Source of the DNA: Raillietiella orientalis | Taxonomy: Eukaryota | NCBI GenBank assembly: GCA_036172245.1 | Contig: JAYWIR010000053.1 | Location: 682,001 to 746,000, forward strand | DNA length: 64,000 nt | Reading direction: 5' to 3' | Shown: positions 50,801 through 62,844 of the stretch, in pieces | Numbering within the stretch: the stretch's first letter is position 1 | Layout of the letters: each line of letters starts with the position of its first letter | Notes under the pieces: generated by a model | Seen by the model: the letters and a program-made list of their open reading frames with translations, nothing else | Databases searched by the model: none | Told to the model about the DNA's origin: nothing | Translations under genes and position numbers: made by a program

Positions 50801-53459
50801 TCATCGGATGACGCGTCAGGCATCGCGCCTTTCCTCCGCGGGTGGGAATCCCCCCTCCCCCTCCATTCTGCATGTTTCACAGACGGTCACACATGCAGAC
50901 AAAACACCTTCTGTAACGCGACCCTCCGGGATCAGCAGGTCTTCTCGTTTCCTGGATATCCGATTGCGCACTCCGCTGCTGACCACCGCAGCCATTGTCT
51001 CACAGCTTGTCCCCATCGAGCAGGGAAGCTCAACCGCGGAAGCGAAGCACTCGCCGGCTGCTTTCCGCTCAAGACCCCACGCAGGAACCGGGCGGACAAA
51101 AGCGAAAGCCTTCTCCCTCGTCCGGTGCTCCCGACAATCTGTGGAGTCCCCCTCGAGTTCCGGAAGAGAAGAGCCGTGTTCGGCCCAGATTACGCTCCCG
51201 TTCCCTGCAGACCAACGCCGCCAGCACGCGTAATCCTAATCCTCCGTGTTCTCCCTTTCAGAACGGTTCGTTTCCCGACGCTCTTGGTGTCAGTCAATCA
51301 CCATAACAATCATCATAAAGAGATCCATGGAGAGCGAGATTTTCTTTTTACAGTCTCGCTCACCTGCAATCAAGTTTTCTAAAACTTCCTGTCTGTGAGC
51401 TTTCCCTGCCCTATTAAGCGAGTTGCTTGCAGAAGACAAAAAGGGCGACATTAACAGAGAACGCGTATCCATCTCCACGCTACGGTTTGTCACCGTTGCA
51501 ATGAGAGGTTCGCAAACACCGCTCCGAGAGCTTCGAGCAGAAGAAAATGGAAAGACCTGCCAGGAGCGTGAGCGCTGTCTAGGAAAAAGATGCCGCTGGC
51601 ACTGCCAACTGGAAGCTTGGAACACGCAAGGAGTGCTCGACCGTCGAGGGCAACGCTTTCGCGTCCACGAGAGGGGAGCAGGCACAGCGTGTTCGTCGGC
51701 ACGGAGGATGCGAGGTCCCCGCAATGGGGCGGCTCACTCGATCTCGTCCAGAGGGAAGACCGTCACGTCACCGAGGACGATGTGCTTTCGGCGCACGCCG
51801 AGGGCCGCCAGACCCCGGCACTGCCCGATGTTGGCATCTCATGCAGGACAAGGCACCTACTGAAAGTACCGGATAGAGCCGCAAACTGGACCCAGTCGAG
51901 TCTCCAGGAGACGACGATGGGCTCAAGATGGCGCTTTCGACGCTTGGCGCGGCGGCAAACTCTAGCTAGAAGGCAGGCTCGCGTATGACCCCGTGGGAGG
52001 GTGAGACGTCCCCAAGGGAGACTCGTCCCCAAATCTCAGCATCCATCGCGCAACGGCTTCATGGTGGGATAGACAGAGGAAGCTGCGGAAAATTCTGTTC
52101 CCAGTGCCACCTTTGGTTTACGAACCCTAGTCCGAGGACCCGGGGTTACCTTTGCCTCGGTAAACCCCCTGGAGTCATGGCCACGACCTCTGCCGAGGGA
52201 AGTCGCCCGAGAAAACGCAGGAGCGCTCCTCGTTGGCAGCGCTCGCCGGTTCTGCAATCGGCACTCCCGGAGACGCATCGCCCCTCAGCAGAGACGGGAC
52301 TTCGAGCAGAACGAATCTTCCCTCCTTCTTCGGCCCTGATTCCACAGCTCTGGATCACCACGGGCTCCTCCTCCTTCCGAGAGATTCGAATCCACTGGTT
52401 CCCCTTCGATGTGGAAACGCCGCACCGAAGGGGAACCGGTGGAGAGATTCAGGGATGATGGCCGCTGTCTGGAATGCCGTCTCTTCCACATTCCCACAAG
52501 CGGGCGGGGGAGGGGGAAGAGGGCAGAGGAGGAAAAAAAAGGCCATACGAGATTCTCCTTTTGAAGAAGAATGAATGGAAGAGGATCAGGAGGAGGAAAA
52601 GGAAGGGCGAAAAGAAGAGGAGAAAGGGAAGAGGAAGGAAGAGGAAAGGATGTGCTCGAAATCCATTCAGACTTTCCTCCCTCTCTTCCTGAGCAAATCC
52701 ACGGCTGAGAGCGCGCGCGCACGCGCAGTGGGAGGGAAGGGCGGAGGGAGACACTGTAAGGCTCGTAGGGGTGCCGGGGTGGACCGCCACCGGAGCTCGA
52801 CCGGAGTGCACGCGTGCGCGAGGCGTTGTCCCGGGAGCTCTCCGGTCGCTCGAGCCAACACAGAGCCGCCGCCAACGAGCCGGAGGTGACTACGTGTCGG
52901 TTCGGGCGAACTCTGCCCTCACTCCTTCCCCGTCGCTCCAGGCAACGGTCGGAGCCGATCGGGTGCCAAGGTTCATTTCCATGCAGCGGCACCCACCTTC
53001 CTCCTTGGAGGAAGCTGCCGACCATCGGGTGGACCCCTGTTTTACGGCGCTTTTACGAGAGCGATCGCTGCCAAGCAACGCGTATCCCTCTCGAAGGAAG
53101 AGGTTCCAGATTGCCTCCCTCTTCCTGCCCTTCCCCGCACGCCTCTCCTGGGTGGGGGAACCCTCGTCCCCAGACTCCAACTCCATCGCGGGCAAGCGCC
53201 TCACCCCGCGCAGAGGCGATCGCGGAGCTCTCGGTCCAGTAAACTGGGGCCCGAGGACAATCTTCGCCTGCATCGCTCCCCACCTTCCGTTTCGCACTTC
53301 CACGACCCTCCCCTCTTCCGGGATTCCCTCTAGAAAAAAGCTGCCTGGAAACCGAATCCTCAGGAGCGCCAAGGGGTCGACCAGCCCGCCGAGTCGGGTC
53401 CCTCGGGAGAGCGGGAGGCGAGAGGGAGGGGGAGAGGGCAACGCCAAGGCGCTGGTGAA

Positions 53460-53495
53460 GGATACTACCCAGTCGTCGGATACTACCCAGTCGTC
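53460..53495. repeat. perfect 18-bp tandem duplication GGATACTACCCAGTCGTC x2
   Basis: Read directly at 53460-53477 and 53478-53495. Confidence 0.95.
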
Positions 53496-53869
53496 GGCCC
53501 TCCATAGCGTTTTCATTGCTACTGAGGGAAGCCTGAGGAAAGCGGCACGCGCACGGGAAGGAGGGGAGCAGGAAGAACCTTCGAGAGCCCTTCAAGCCCC
53601 CGCCTTGTCTCCTTGTTACCCTAATGCTTGAGCAGGGGGACGCCACACCGTCAGACGGTGTCACCATCCCTTGCCGAGGCTCCCTCATTTCACTTTCGCT
53701 CTTTCCCCTTCCTCCCCTTCCCTCGGCTGCGTCCTCTCACAGCTGCGGCGGCGCCCAGGGGTGCACTGTACCCCTGGGCGCCGCCGCGCAGTTCCGGGAG
53801 GACAGCTGGTCCTCTTTGGGGAGTTCTGTCTGCGAGACGTCGGTCGAAGGGAAGAAACGGAGATGATCT

Positions 53870-54100
53870 GCGGAGGAGGAAGCGGAGGGGAGCAGAAGGA
53901 AAGCAGGAACAGAAAGAAGAGGACGAAAGAAGATGGAAAAGTCGCAGAGGAAGAGGAAGAGAAGAAGAGAAAGAAGAGGAAGGAAAGAAGAGAAGGAGAA
54001 GACGGAAAGGAACAGGGAGCAAGGATGATGAAGAAAAAGGGAGGAAGAGGAGGATGGAAAGGGGAAGGGAAGAGGAGGAAGAAGGGAGAAGAAGAAAATC
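53870..54100. repeat. polypurine tract
   Basis: gaaga/gagga runs. Confidence 0.8.
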
Positions 54101-54944
54101 AAAGTGCTTCTGCCGTTGCGTGCTCCGTGGGATGGCAAATCATTCGAGTTTCCAGGGAACACGGATGCGTAGGATGAAGAGGAGAGGAGGAGGATGAAGA
54201 GGGGTGGGAGATGGTCTCTGTCTTGCGGACCCAGGGTAGGAAAAAGAGGAGAAACCGGACCAGAGATGATCCTCGTATTCCTAGGGGACTAAAGGAAGGG
54301 GAAAAAGTAGATGACAGGGAAGAAAGGCGATGAGAAGAGTACGTCTTTTGCTCGGCAGGAAAGAAAATCCTCCATGAAACGCGTTGCCATGGAAACTCCA
54401 TTTCGCCGAAGGGATAGGATCGCTTCTTCTTCTGCAAAAGGGGGTCCGTCCATTACGCGGGAAGAAGACCGCCAGAAGGGGTTCTTGATGGAGGGGCAAC
54501 CCGGCCGGGTTCGTCAGACGCGGTTGCGAAGGCCTTCTCCAAGCGCCTCGGAGCGGCAAGCAAGAGAGACAGAGGCCTCGCCCTGCAGCTCGCCGGAGGA
54601 GAGGCGAAGAGTTAGAGCGATGAGAGCCAGGGGTAGTTCGATCACCCCGAATCCAGCGGCAAGCAACAAGCAGCAAGATGGAAGTGGGCAAGCGGGAAGG
54701 AGGAAGAATGCCAAGAAGGGAATGAGGAGGAGTAAAAGAAGAGAAAAAGAGGAACAGGAGCAACAAGATGACGATGGTCCTGATGAGGAGGAGAGAAAAG
54801 GAAAGCGAAAGAGGCGGCCACTCGGCGCGCCAGTGCCAGTCGAGCCGTTTGAACTTCGTGTCAAAAGATCCATCAGGGTATTTCATCTTTTGGGGGCATT
54901 CGCGTGGCTGACACTGTCCGCCCTTTCTGAGGTTCTCCTCCTCC

Positions 54945-55120
54945 TCGCTCTTTCTTCCTCTTCCTTCCTTTCTCCTCCTCCTCATACTTGAATCCTCCTC
55001 CCTCCCTTCCTCCTCCTCCTTTCGTCTTTCATCTTCTCTTCTTTCTTCCTCCTTTTCCTCTTCCCTTCCACCTTCCTTCCTTGCATCCACCTCCCTCCCT
55101 TCCTCTTCCTTCTCCTCCTT
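54945..55120. repeat. polypyrimidine tract
   Basis: cttcc/ctcct runs. Confidence 0.8.
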
Positions 55121-56289
55121 CCGCGCCCGCGAGAGGAGTTGTCCTTCTCTGACGCCAGGGTGGCATCCTGAAGTGCGACCGGATGCCGCTGGTGCTTGAA
55201 GGTCGAAGAGAACGCCGAGGAATGCGTGGGGTGGGGTGGGAAAGGGGGATGGGCGGGAGCCACTTCGCGAGAAGGCCGGAACGACTCCTCGGCAGGTCGC
55301 TCTGGCGGGGGCTGTTCGAATGACGTCAGAGGGTAGGAGGAAGGGAAGATCCACGTTCGTCGCCGTCGCGCAGGACGCCCTGGAGAAGGCGACCCTCCTC
55401 CCACGGAGTCCTCCTTCCTTCCGGGAGCACCCGAGGCAGCGTCAACCCTCAGTATCGGGGGCGGGGGTTTCGATGCGCGGCGCCGGATTCAGCGCAGGAG
55501 CGCGCAGCCGGCTGCTCCTCCCCGACCGAGCATCTCGTGAGTCAGGCGGACCACGCGCACATGTGGGTCGCACGCTCTGGGGGGCCCCGCCCACGAATGC
55601 CCCACCCCGAAAGGGGATCTGCCCTAATCCTCCCGTCGCTCCCCCTCCATGTGGCAGAGGGGTCGTGAGATGCAGGAGCGACAACCGGGAACTTCCTGAG
55701 GGTCCGTGAGCGGCATCACTCCGGTTGCCGGAAACGTGCGCGGGAAACCCAAGCGCGACGCGAGCTCGGGGTCGACGGTGATGGACTGCGGGTGCAGCGT
55801 CGGGCGAGTCACGCCGGAAGAGATTCGCAGAGCTTCTGGCTCCTCGTCTCTTCAATCCCCATGGGTTCTTGTCCGGGTCGACTGCCTCCGCGTCGCGAGG
55901 AGCGGGTCGGTACGTCGGACGACCGGTTTTCCCCCCTTCTGAATGGGGACGGGGCATGGACGCTGGGCAAACATGTTTCGCCAGCCCCATGCCGCTGATT
56001 GTGCTGCGTTGTCATCCATCGAGTCGCTCGACGGGCTCCCCTACTTTGACCCTCAATGGGCACCGGCATCTCTGTCGGACACGCTTTGAACAGGCGCACC
56101 GCAAGCGTCTTCCACGCCCGCGTCCCGGGGGTGGCCGTGCATTCCGCTGCAGCGATAAGTAGCCCCTGGAGCTTCTGCGGTCGAGTGTCGGCGCGAACCT
56201 CCTCAGGGCAAGGGCCCAAGAAAGAGACTCCACTCTCCCCCGAGAGAGGGCCGACGCGCAGCTGGAAGCAACTGCCGACCAGCTGTGCG

Positions 56290-56490
56290 ATGGCACCACG
56301 TGCGGCGGCTTTCGAAACGCCCCGCCTCCGGGTTAGGTGCGTCGGAGGAGGGTGCGCCAACTCGCTGCGGGACAGAAGATCTCGGTGGCGCCACGCGCGG
56401 CACCGGAAACTCGGCGGCACCTCCGGACCAGGTGCGTCGGAGGAAGGTGCGCCGAATCGCAGGTGGGCCGGCTCGGTGGCGCCACTAGTG
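56290..56490. repeat. imperfect 95-bp tandem duplication
   Basis: AGGTGCGTCGGAGGA(G/A)GGTGCGCC at 56335 and 56430; CTCGGTGGCGCCAC occurs twice. Confidence 0.75.
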
Positions 56491-58011
56491 GAACTGCTCT
56501 TCCCCAGTGCCGAGCTGGGAGTGCGAGCGCTTGACACCTCGTCGGCTGCGTGCGTTCTCTGTGGGCCGTTCGTCTCCACGGCCCTCGTCGACCTTCGCCT
56601 TCGCCGGAGGGGTGCTGGGAAGGCTGGGTGAAGCGCGAGAACCCGATGCCTGCGAGGTCGCAGCCGACCGCGGGAGGCGCGGTGCAAAAATAAACCGCGC
56701 CCGCGAGCTCGCGCATGGGCGAGGCTCCTGACGAAAAGACCGACCTCCTCGCCACCGCCGCGCCGGAAGCGGCGGCGCCTGGGCGACGAAACGACGGCTC
56801 CGTCAGCACGTCCGCGCACGCAGCTGACAGTCGGGAGAGGGAGCGACTTTCCAGTGACGTTTCGGTGGCACCGCTGGTTCCCCGCTGCTCCTTCGCCCGT
56901 CCCGAGCATTCGTCAAGGACCGGCTGCGGCAAGAGAGCGGGAGGAAGGGAAATTCTCCCGCACGGCGAGCAGCCATCCGCCCGCGGCGCACGAGTCTTCA
57001 GGGGCCTCGCTGGGTCACGTCTTGAGGTTTCCGTCCGCGGATGTCTCGAGGGAAGGGAAACAGGAAGAGGTGGAAGGGGGGAGAGTGGGACGGAAGGGGG
57101 CGGCTGGCGGCAAGGGTGCGGACAGACGCGGTTGCCGGCGGGTGTCCTTGCGCGCTACAGCCTGCCTCTCGCATGGGGTCAGCGTTCCTTCCCTCCCTTC
57201 CTTTCTTTCCCCCCTTTTGGCCTCTCCTTCGCGTCCCGTGCGGTCGCCCTGCCCACGGGTTCCTCGCTGCGCCCGGGAAAGGCCGCGTGATCCCCCTTCC
57301 GGTTGTCAGGGATGCGGACTCGAGAGGACCCTCGGAGACGCCTTTTGGCAGTGTCGGGAGGGCGCCGGTAAGACCGCCGGAGGAGAGTCGCGGGAAGCCG
57401 TCCCAGGGCCCTGACGCTCGCCGGTGTCGAGGGCCGGCAGGTGCGCTGGCAGTCGGCCGGAGGGCAGGGGTAGGCGGGGTGACGAAAGGAGTGTCGGTAG
57501 CGAGGACTGGCGCTCCCTGGCGTGTGCGCGGTCGGATGCGTGGTGCTCCTGCCCATGGGAAACGCCGGTCCGCCCCGGGAACGACCAGGAGGGGCTACAC
57601 GAAAACGCCGTTCTCCCTCCCCCGCTTCCGCTTCCTCTCCGTCCAGGGTTTCAAGAGTTCGTGGCTGCTCGTGCCCCCGTGCATTTGTTGCTCTGACCTT
57701 CTCTTTGTTCCCCTCCCCCCACATACCCTCCCATCTCCCCCCCCGAAAACGACGCAGAACGGAGGGAGCAGAGCCGCTAGCGGGACCTCCTCCTCTTCCT
57801 CCTGCCGTCTCCCAGGAGAAAGCGCTACCCCTCGCGGCAGACCCTGAGATCGCCCCGAAGTCCCTTCGGAACCGACCCCAGGTCGGACGATGGGCCCGAG
57901 GCTTCCGAGAGGGAAAGCGCAGCGGCGGTGGCGCGCCACCTTGCGGCGACTCCCTCCGGGCGGCGGGAAGACGGGGAAGTGGGAGAGAAAGAAAGGAGAG
58001 CTAAAACTCAC

Positions 58012-58060
58012 CGCAGACGACGACGGGGAGGAGGACGAGCAGCAGGAGTCGCCGCGCCAT
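58012..58060 (-). CDS. robo: Robo exon 1, signal peptide MARRLLLLVLLPVVVC
   Basis: ATG in strong context (ACAGCATGG), basic n-region plus hydrophobic core, donor G|GTGAGT, phase 1 matching exon 2 (G+GT = Gly). Confidence 0.82.
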
Positions 58061-58077
58061 GCTGTCCGTGGGCTCCG

Positions 58078-58134
58078 TCAGTGGTGGTGGAGGAACTCTG
58101 CGGCCGGAGGTGCATCCGTCCGTGGCAGCCACAT
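58078..58134 (-). promoter_or_regulatory. upstream ORF (MWLPRTDAPPAAEFLHHH) in the putative robo 5' UTR
   Basis: GCGGCCATG at 58134, TGA at 58080-58078, ending 17 nt before the main ATG. Confidence 0.5.
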
Positions 58135-59559
58135 GGCCGCCTCTCAGAGCCGTCAGATGAGGGGGTGAGGGAAAGGGGATCGAGTAGCTGCGCTGCCGGG
58201 AGGACTTTTCTTTCCCTCGAGGTTGTTTCTTATTCCTTCCTTTCCCGCAGGAGGGGGACGCGCAGCGGCACGACGGGGAAAAACACGCGAGCGCTCACCA
58301 CGCGTCAACCGCCACGCTCGGAAGCCGCCGCACTACTGGCAGCGGCCCGGTCTCCGCGGCAACCGCAGCGATCGATCGATCGACGCGAGCGGGCGCGCGG
58401 CCGCCAGCAGAGTCCTCGTTAGGGTCGAGGAACCGGAGGGAGGATTCTCGCGCCCTCTTTCGCGAGCGGCTGACCGAACGGGGGCGCGATGGAGGGAGAG
58501 CGTCCTTCCCAAGGTCGTCGTTCCCGGCCCCGCCGCCGGTCGGTGTTCGTCCGGGCCCCCATCGACGAGTGCCTCTTCCATCGCCAGGGGCGCGGCAGTT
58601 GCGCTAGCTCTTCTCTGGGGAGCGCGTCCTCCGCCGACCCCAGACGGAATCGGCCTGGGGAGGAATCTTGGGGACGCCCAGGGCGGGGCAGAGGAGGAAG
58701 GCGGTCAGCCCTTGGCGCGCCACCTGGGCTTTTTCTTTCCCGCCCACGCGGTCCCCTCCTTCGGTCTGGCTGGTGCCCTGTTCGTTTGCCGCACTCTCAG
58801 AGAGGGCTCACCTCGTGGGATACGGCGGGACCGCCCCACGAGGGGCTGCTATCGGCTGACTTGACCTCTCCCTCCTCTCTAAGATTCCTTCTCAGGCCGA
58901 TCTGGGACGGTCGAGGGCGGGGGCAAGGAGGCGGACAAGGCCTCAAGCGCCGGACGTCTCCGAATGGCGATGGCATCTTCCAGGGCAACCACCTTTGGCA
59001 CCTTCGCGTACCTCTTGCGCCCGCTCTCGTGGGCTTCCGCCGTGCGAGTACGGCCTGACTCTCGGGGAGGCGGCGCCCTGCCGCCCTGGAGGATGCCCAG
59101 GTCCGACTCGGGGCGATGACCGAGGAGTTCGGCCGAAGGCGCAGCCTGCGAAGAGAGGAGGGGTCCAGCCGGAAGAGCTGGTGAGCCTGACGACGGTGAT
59201 GGCAAGGACAACGGCGACTGCAGTGACTTCGGCGAGAGGGAATGAGGGGAAGCCAACGGTGGCCGGCCGAGACGGTCGCCCCGTTCCCTGAGGGCAGTTT
59301 CTGGTGAGACGCTCCAAGGCGCGGAAGTCTCTCTGGCGCGGCGCCACGAGGATCGGAGAAGGGTCTAGAGCGCAGCGGGGAAAATTTCGGCAATCGGGAC
59401 TCGATACAACGGCGGGAACGGGAATCAAGGGTAACGGGAACATCACAAATGGGAAGGTGCAAAGGAAATAACGAAACAGACGGATGACATCGCCCGTCCG
59501 CAACCTCAGTGGGGCCCAGCCCACGAATGGTCATCGAGCCGCCACCCAGGAGGAGGGAG

Positions 59560-59905
59560 AGGAAGACTGAAACGAAGGCAGCGACGGCGACAATAGGGAG
59601 GAAGAGGAAGGCAGGAGAATGTAGAGGGTGAGGGTGAAGATGTAAATGCAGAGGAGAATGAAGATGAATATGGGAAGGATGAAGGTGGGGATAGGAATGG
59701 AGGTGATCATGATGAGAAGGAGAAGGATGAAAAGAGGGATGAGAGCGAGGATGACTATGAGGATGAGGATGAGTATAGGGAAGACGATGAGAAGGACGAA
59801 CGTAAAGAAGATGATGATGGGGAGAAGCAGAAGGAGGAGGAGGATAGGATAGGAAGGAGGAGCAGGAAGACCAAGGGAGGAAAAAAGGAAGGGAAGAAGC
59901 AAGAA
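59560..59905. repeat. degenerate (GAGGAT/GAAGAT)n simple repeat
   Basis: gaggatgaggatgag, gaagatgaa runs. Confidence 0.8.
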
Positions 59906-61506
59906 CGGAGGTTCTTCCCGGATGAGTGACGTATCTAGCAGGAGATAAAACGGGAACGCGGAAGGCTGCAGTATCTCGCGATTGAAAGCAGCAGCATCCT
60001 CGCCTCATCCTTGCCTGCGACCGGGGTCCCGAAACAATACAATGGATCAGGGGTGTGTGGGTACCCGTTTTTACGTTCCAGAAATACCCACTCTGGAAGC
60101 ACGTGAAAGGGATCGGAATAATGGAAGTCGTAGCTCCTGACATTTATTGTGGAGTTCTCATGCGCGGATGGAGATTTCTTGGATAAGAAAATCCACTCAG
60201 GGACACAAAGTGTTTCTATTAATAGATCTTCCGAGCCGTCATTTTGCTCATTCGCTTGCCGCAGGTGGAACCTCGCGCAGAAAGCGCCGCAGCCACATGT
60301 GGCTCGGCGGAGGAGGCTGCCAGGGCGCGGAAGAGAGGGGCTTGCGCCTTCTCTGTAGGGTGCTCCATGATAACGGTCAAGGAGGTGAAACGCGGTGGCT
60401 GGAGGAGTTCGTCTCGTGAGCCTCCGGAAGGCACTAGGGACCTCGCCGATGGAGGTGACCTGTGGGAAACTCCGTCCGTGGCACACGAGGACAGCTCATC
60501 CTTAGGGTGTCCATGGCCATACCTCGAAACCACCGTCCTATCTGCAGCCCCGCCGGCGAGAGGGTCTTGCGTCCCCGCGATCGGAACACCAAAGACCGAT
60601 CCAAGTATCGGGAAGTGTGTGGGCGAAGATAATCACTCGCTCGGCCAGTTGCCCACGGTGCAGTTGGCACGGAAGCGAAGGGTGCGAGATGCAGAGTCCT
60701 AGGAGATCTCGTCTGCATCACGGAGGAGAGAATGGGGACTCTATTGCGCGTGAGCCACCAGATAGCCTTTGGGAGAAGCGAGGCGCTTCAAATGTCTCAT
60801 GAAAACACGTGCCCTCCCTCCCATTTGCAGAGCGGGCGGAGGAGCAAGGATACGCGTGGTCCAGGAAGAGGGCACATCGCCCCTCCTCTCAGCTGCCGCC
60901 TACATCGGCCCGAAGACCCACTTCTCCGTTGCAAGCGAGCGGATGCCAAGAAACAATGCTCCGAGGTTTCCACGGAAAGAGGGCGCTTCGCCTGGCCGCC
61001 TGGCTGTCGACGGTCGGACGCGCAGCTTCCGCTTCCGACCGCGAGCTCTTCGCGAGCCGCGGCCGAAGATTGCATCGGTGGAAACGAGCCCCAGGAGGCA
61101 ATAACCAGGTCACGCAAGTCCTCTGCCAAACGGGCGCACCTCTTCGGCCTCTCCGGCACTACTGTGATGTGGTGTGCCTTGGGGATTCCTCCCAGACTGC
61201 ATCCTCAACTACCTCGCCGGCAGCTCGGATGCGACCGCGGAACCGGTAAGTCTGGATGAAGAGAGCCACGCGGAAGCAACAGGAGCCAGATGATGTCGAA
61301 CCCGACCCTTGCGGGAGGACGAGGACTCCAGGGCGATGGAAGAGCCGGTCACCTGCCCTCCACGAACCCTCAGCCTCACCCTCAAACCGGGAGAAGCAGG
61401 GCAGTGCAAGCGGTGGACAAGCGCCGAGGATTGGTGCTGCGTTCCGCGGCCAGAGGCGCTCCCTCGTCGGCGCAGGAGACCATCAGAGCGTCCCGCAAGC
61501 AGCAGC

Positions 61507-61710
61507 GCGAAGAGAGGGAGTTCTTGATGCCTTGGAGGTGTCGGGAAAGACAAGGCTTGCGCCCTCCGAACGCGCACCACTTCCGGGACGCATAGACCGG
61601 GAGCAGTAGCTGGGACAGGGACGTCGAGGACCAGGGCCCAGTCAGGGATAGGAGATGCAGAGGAGGAGCTGGGACAGCGCTCGCTCACCTCACCCTTTGG
61701 TGGCACCCCG
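61507..61710. repeat. dispersed repeat B, copy 2
   Basis: Matches 23751-23947. Confidence 0.85.
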
Positions 61711-62844
61711 TCAGGATGACAGACGTGAGCGAAGATCTCCGTCGAGACATCCAGTGCAAGAGATGCGGAGAGCTCCGATCCCAGAGGATGCCGTGAGCGC
61801 TAACGAGGAGCCTTCGTCAGAGATGCACTGCATCTCCGACTGCCGGCTCTTCTTGGAGGCGATGCGGAAGTCGCCCTGTCGAGAGAGCAGAGGGAAGGGA
61901 AGAGTGGAGTCTTGACCCACCTGGCGTTGCCAAGGGCTACGATACCCGACGCAGGAGGGGCGCGAATTTCGACGCTTCCTGAGACGGGAAGTGAAGCAAA
62001 AAAAAACAAAAGGGCGCCTAGCAGTTGGACTTTGGGAGCACCGACCTTCGATTCGAGCACGACGCTGTCGACCTCAGCGAGCTTTCGAAACTTGACCCGC
62101 CAGGGCCGACGGAGCGCACGTTCTTCCCGGTGCGACCGATGTCGACACAGCAGAAAATCTGCTCCTCGTGGGATCGCAGGCACAGCTCGGGCCTCCCCCG
62201 AGGCGGAGGCAGCGCTTCCGATCTCGTTGACCGTTCCGATCTGTGCCTGATGAACGCCGCCGCCGACGGACGCGAGGTTCCCCTCGAGAACATCCTCCTG
62301 CAAGTTCCCGGAGCCGTTCACGGGACCTTCAGACGCCTTGGTACTCCTGCGTGGGGCATCTCCACTGTTTTGATGGGCAGTATCCTTCACTAACACCTTG
62401 ACGTTGCCCTCCCCCCCTCCTCCCTTCTCTTGAGGGCCACGCGGCACGAGGTGCGTTGCTTTCGCGACGGTCACTTGGCGGCACTCGCCGTGGCGTGGAG
62501 ATAAGGAGCATCGTTTTCGGGTGGCTTCCTAGCAGCCGTGCGCCTTTCGAGAGGATCTTAAGATGCTGGCGGAAAGTATCTACAAATCTGACCTGTGTCT
62601 TTCTCGATACCAGCTCGAGAGTGGGTCTTCCTCGAATCGAACAGGACAGAGGTCACGGAGAGAGACTCTCCCGAAAGGCGCCTTCGTTTCATCCCCATGG
62701 TTTGTGCTCGAGGGTTCCCTTCGTGGCCAATGTGTTGCCGCAGAAGCTGGAAAAGGCCTCCCTCTTGTCTCCCTGCAAAAAAAAAAAAAAAACTTCCTCC
62801 GGTATTCCGTAGGGATCGCACGCGGAACACTCGAAGAACGCAAA

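Larger units (their letters stand above)
15773..58060 (-). other. robo: Roundabout (Robo) receptor gene, whole coding span, 13 exons, about 1281 aa
   Basis: Spliced model: 58060-58012, 47824-47522, 38134-37981, 32283-32153, 32093-31827, 29452-28940, 28878-28334, 27993-27756, 27630-27515, 27339-26982, 25928-25428, 21223-21012, 16231-15773. All 12 introns are GT..AG with matching phases; total 3846 nt = 1282 codons including stop. SP-5xIg-3xFN3-TM with PYATT and FPPPP motifs is diagnostic of Robo. Confidence 0.93.
58800..62470 (-). mobile_element. possible decayed L1/Tx1-like LINE, 5' half (ORF1 knuckle, endonuclease, RT start)
   Basis: Collinear degenerate motifs: EQIFCCVDIGRTGKNV (about 62150), GERALSQLL..PDWALVL (about 61660), FRALERLTRNCPQG.GRP and HRPESDLGILQGGRAPP (59330-59060). 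Many stops and frameshifts; interrupted by a simple repeat. Confidence 0.33.

Noticed and set aside
32284..58011. Dscam-like arrays of duplicated alternative Ig exons in the long introns
   Set aside because: No additional Ig-like translated segments with splice sites found on the minus strand.
58369..58383. (ATCG)n run as a DRE promoter element
   Set aside because: Lacks the TATCGATA consensus, and the same run occurs at 39329 inside an intron.
58797..60143. 448-aa minus-strand ORF with His/Pro-rich middle
   Set aside because: Translation of a GAGGAT simple repeat plus decayed repeat sequence.
3835..62260. Hammerhead ribozyme cores (CTGATGA near 34638, 36275, 40568, 40954, 48573, 54780, 62248, and minus-strand hits)
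   Set aside because: None I inspected had a stem II followed by GAAA and compatible stems I/III.
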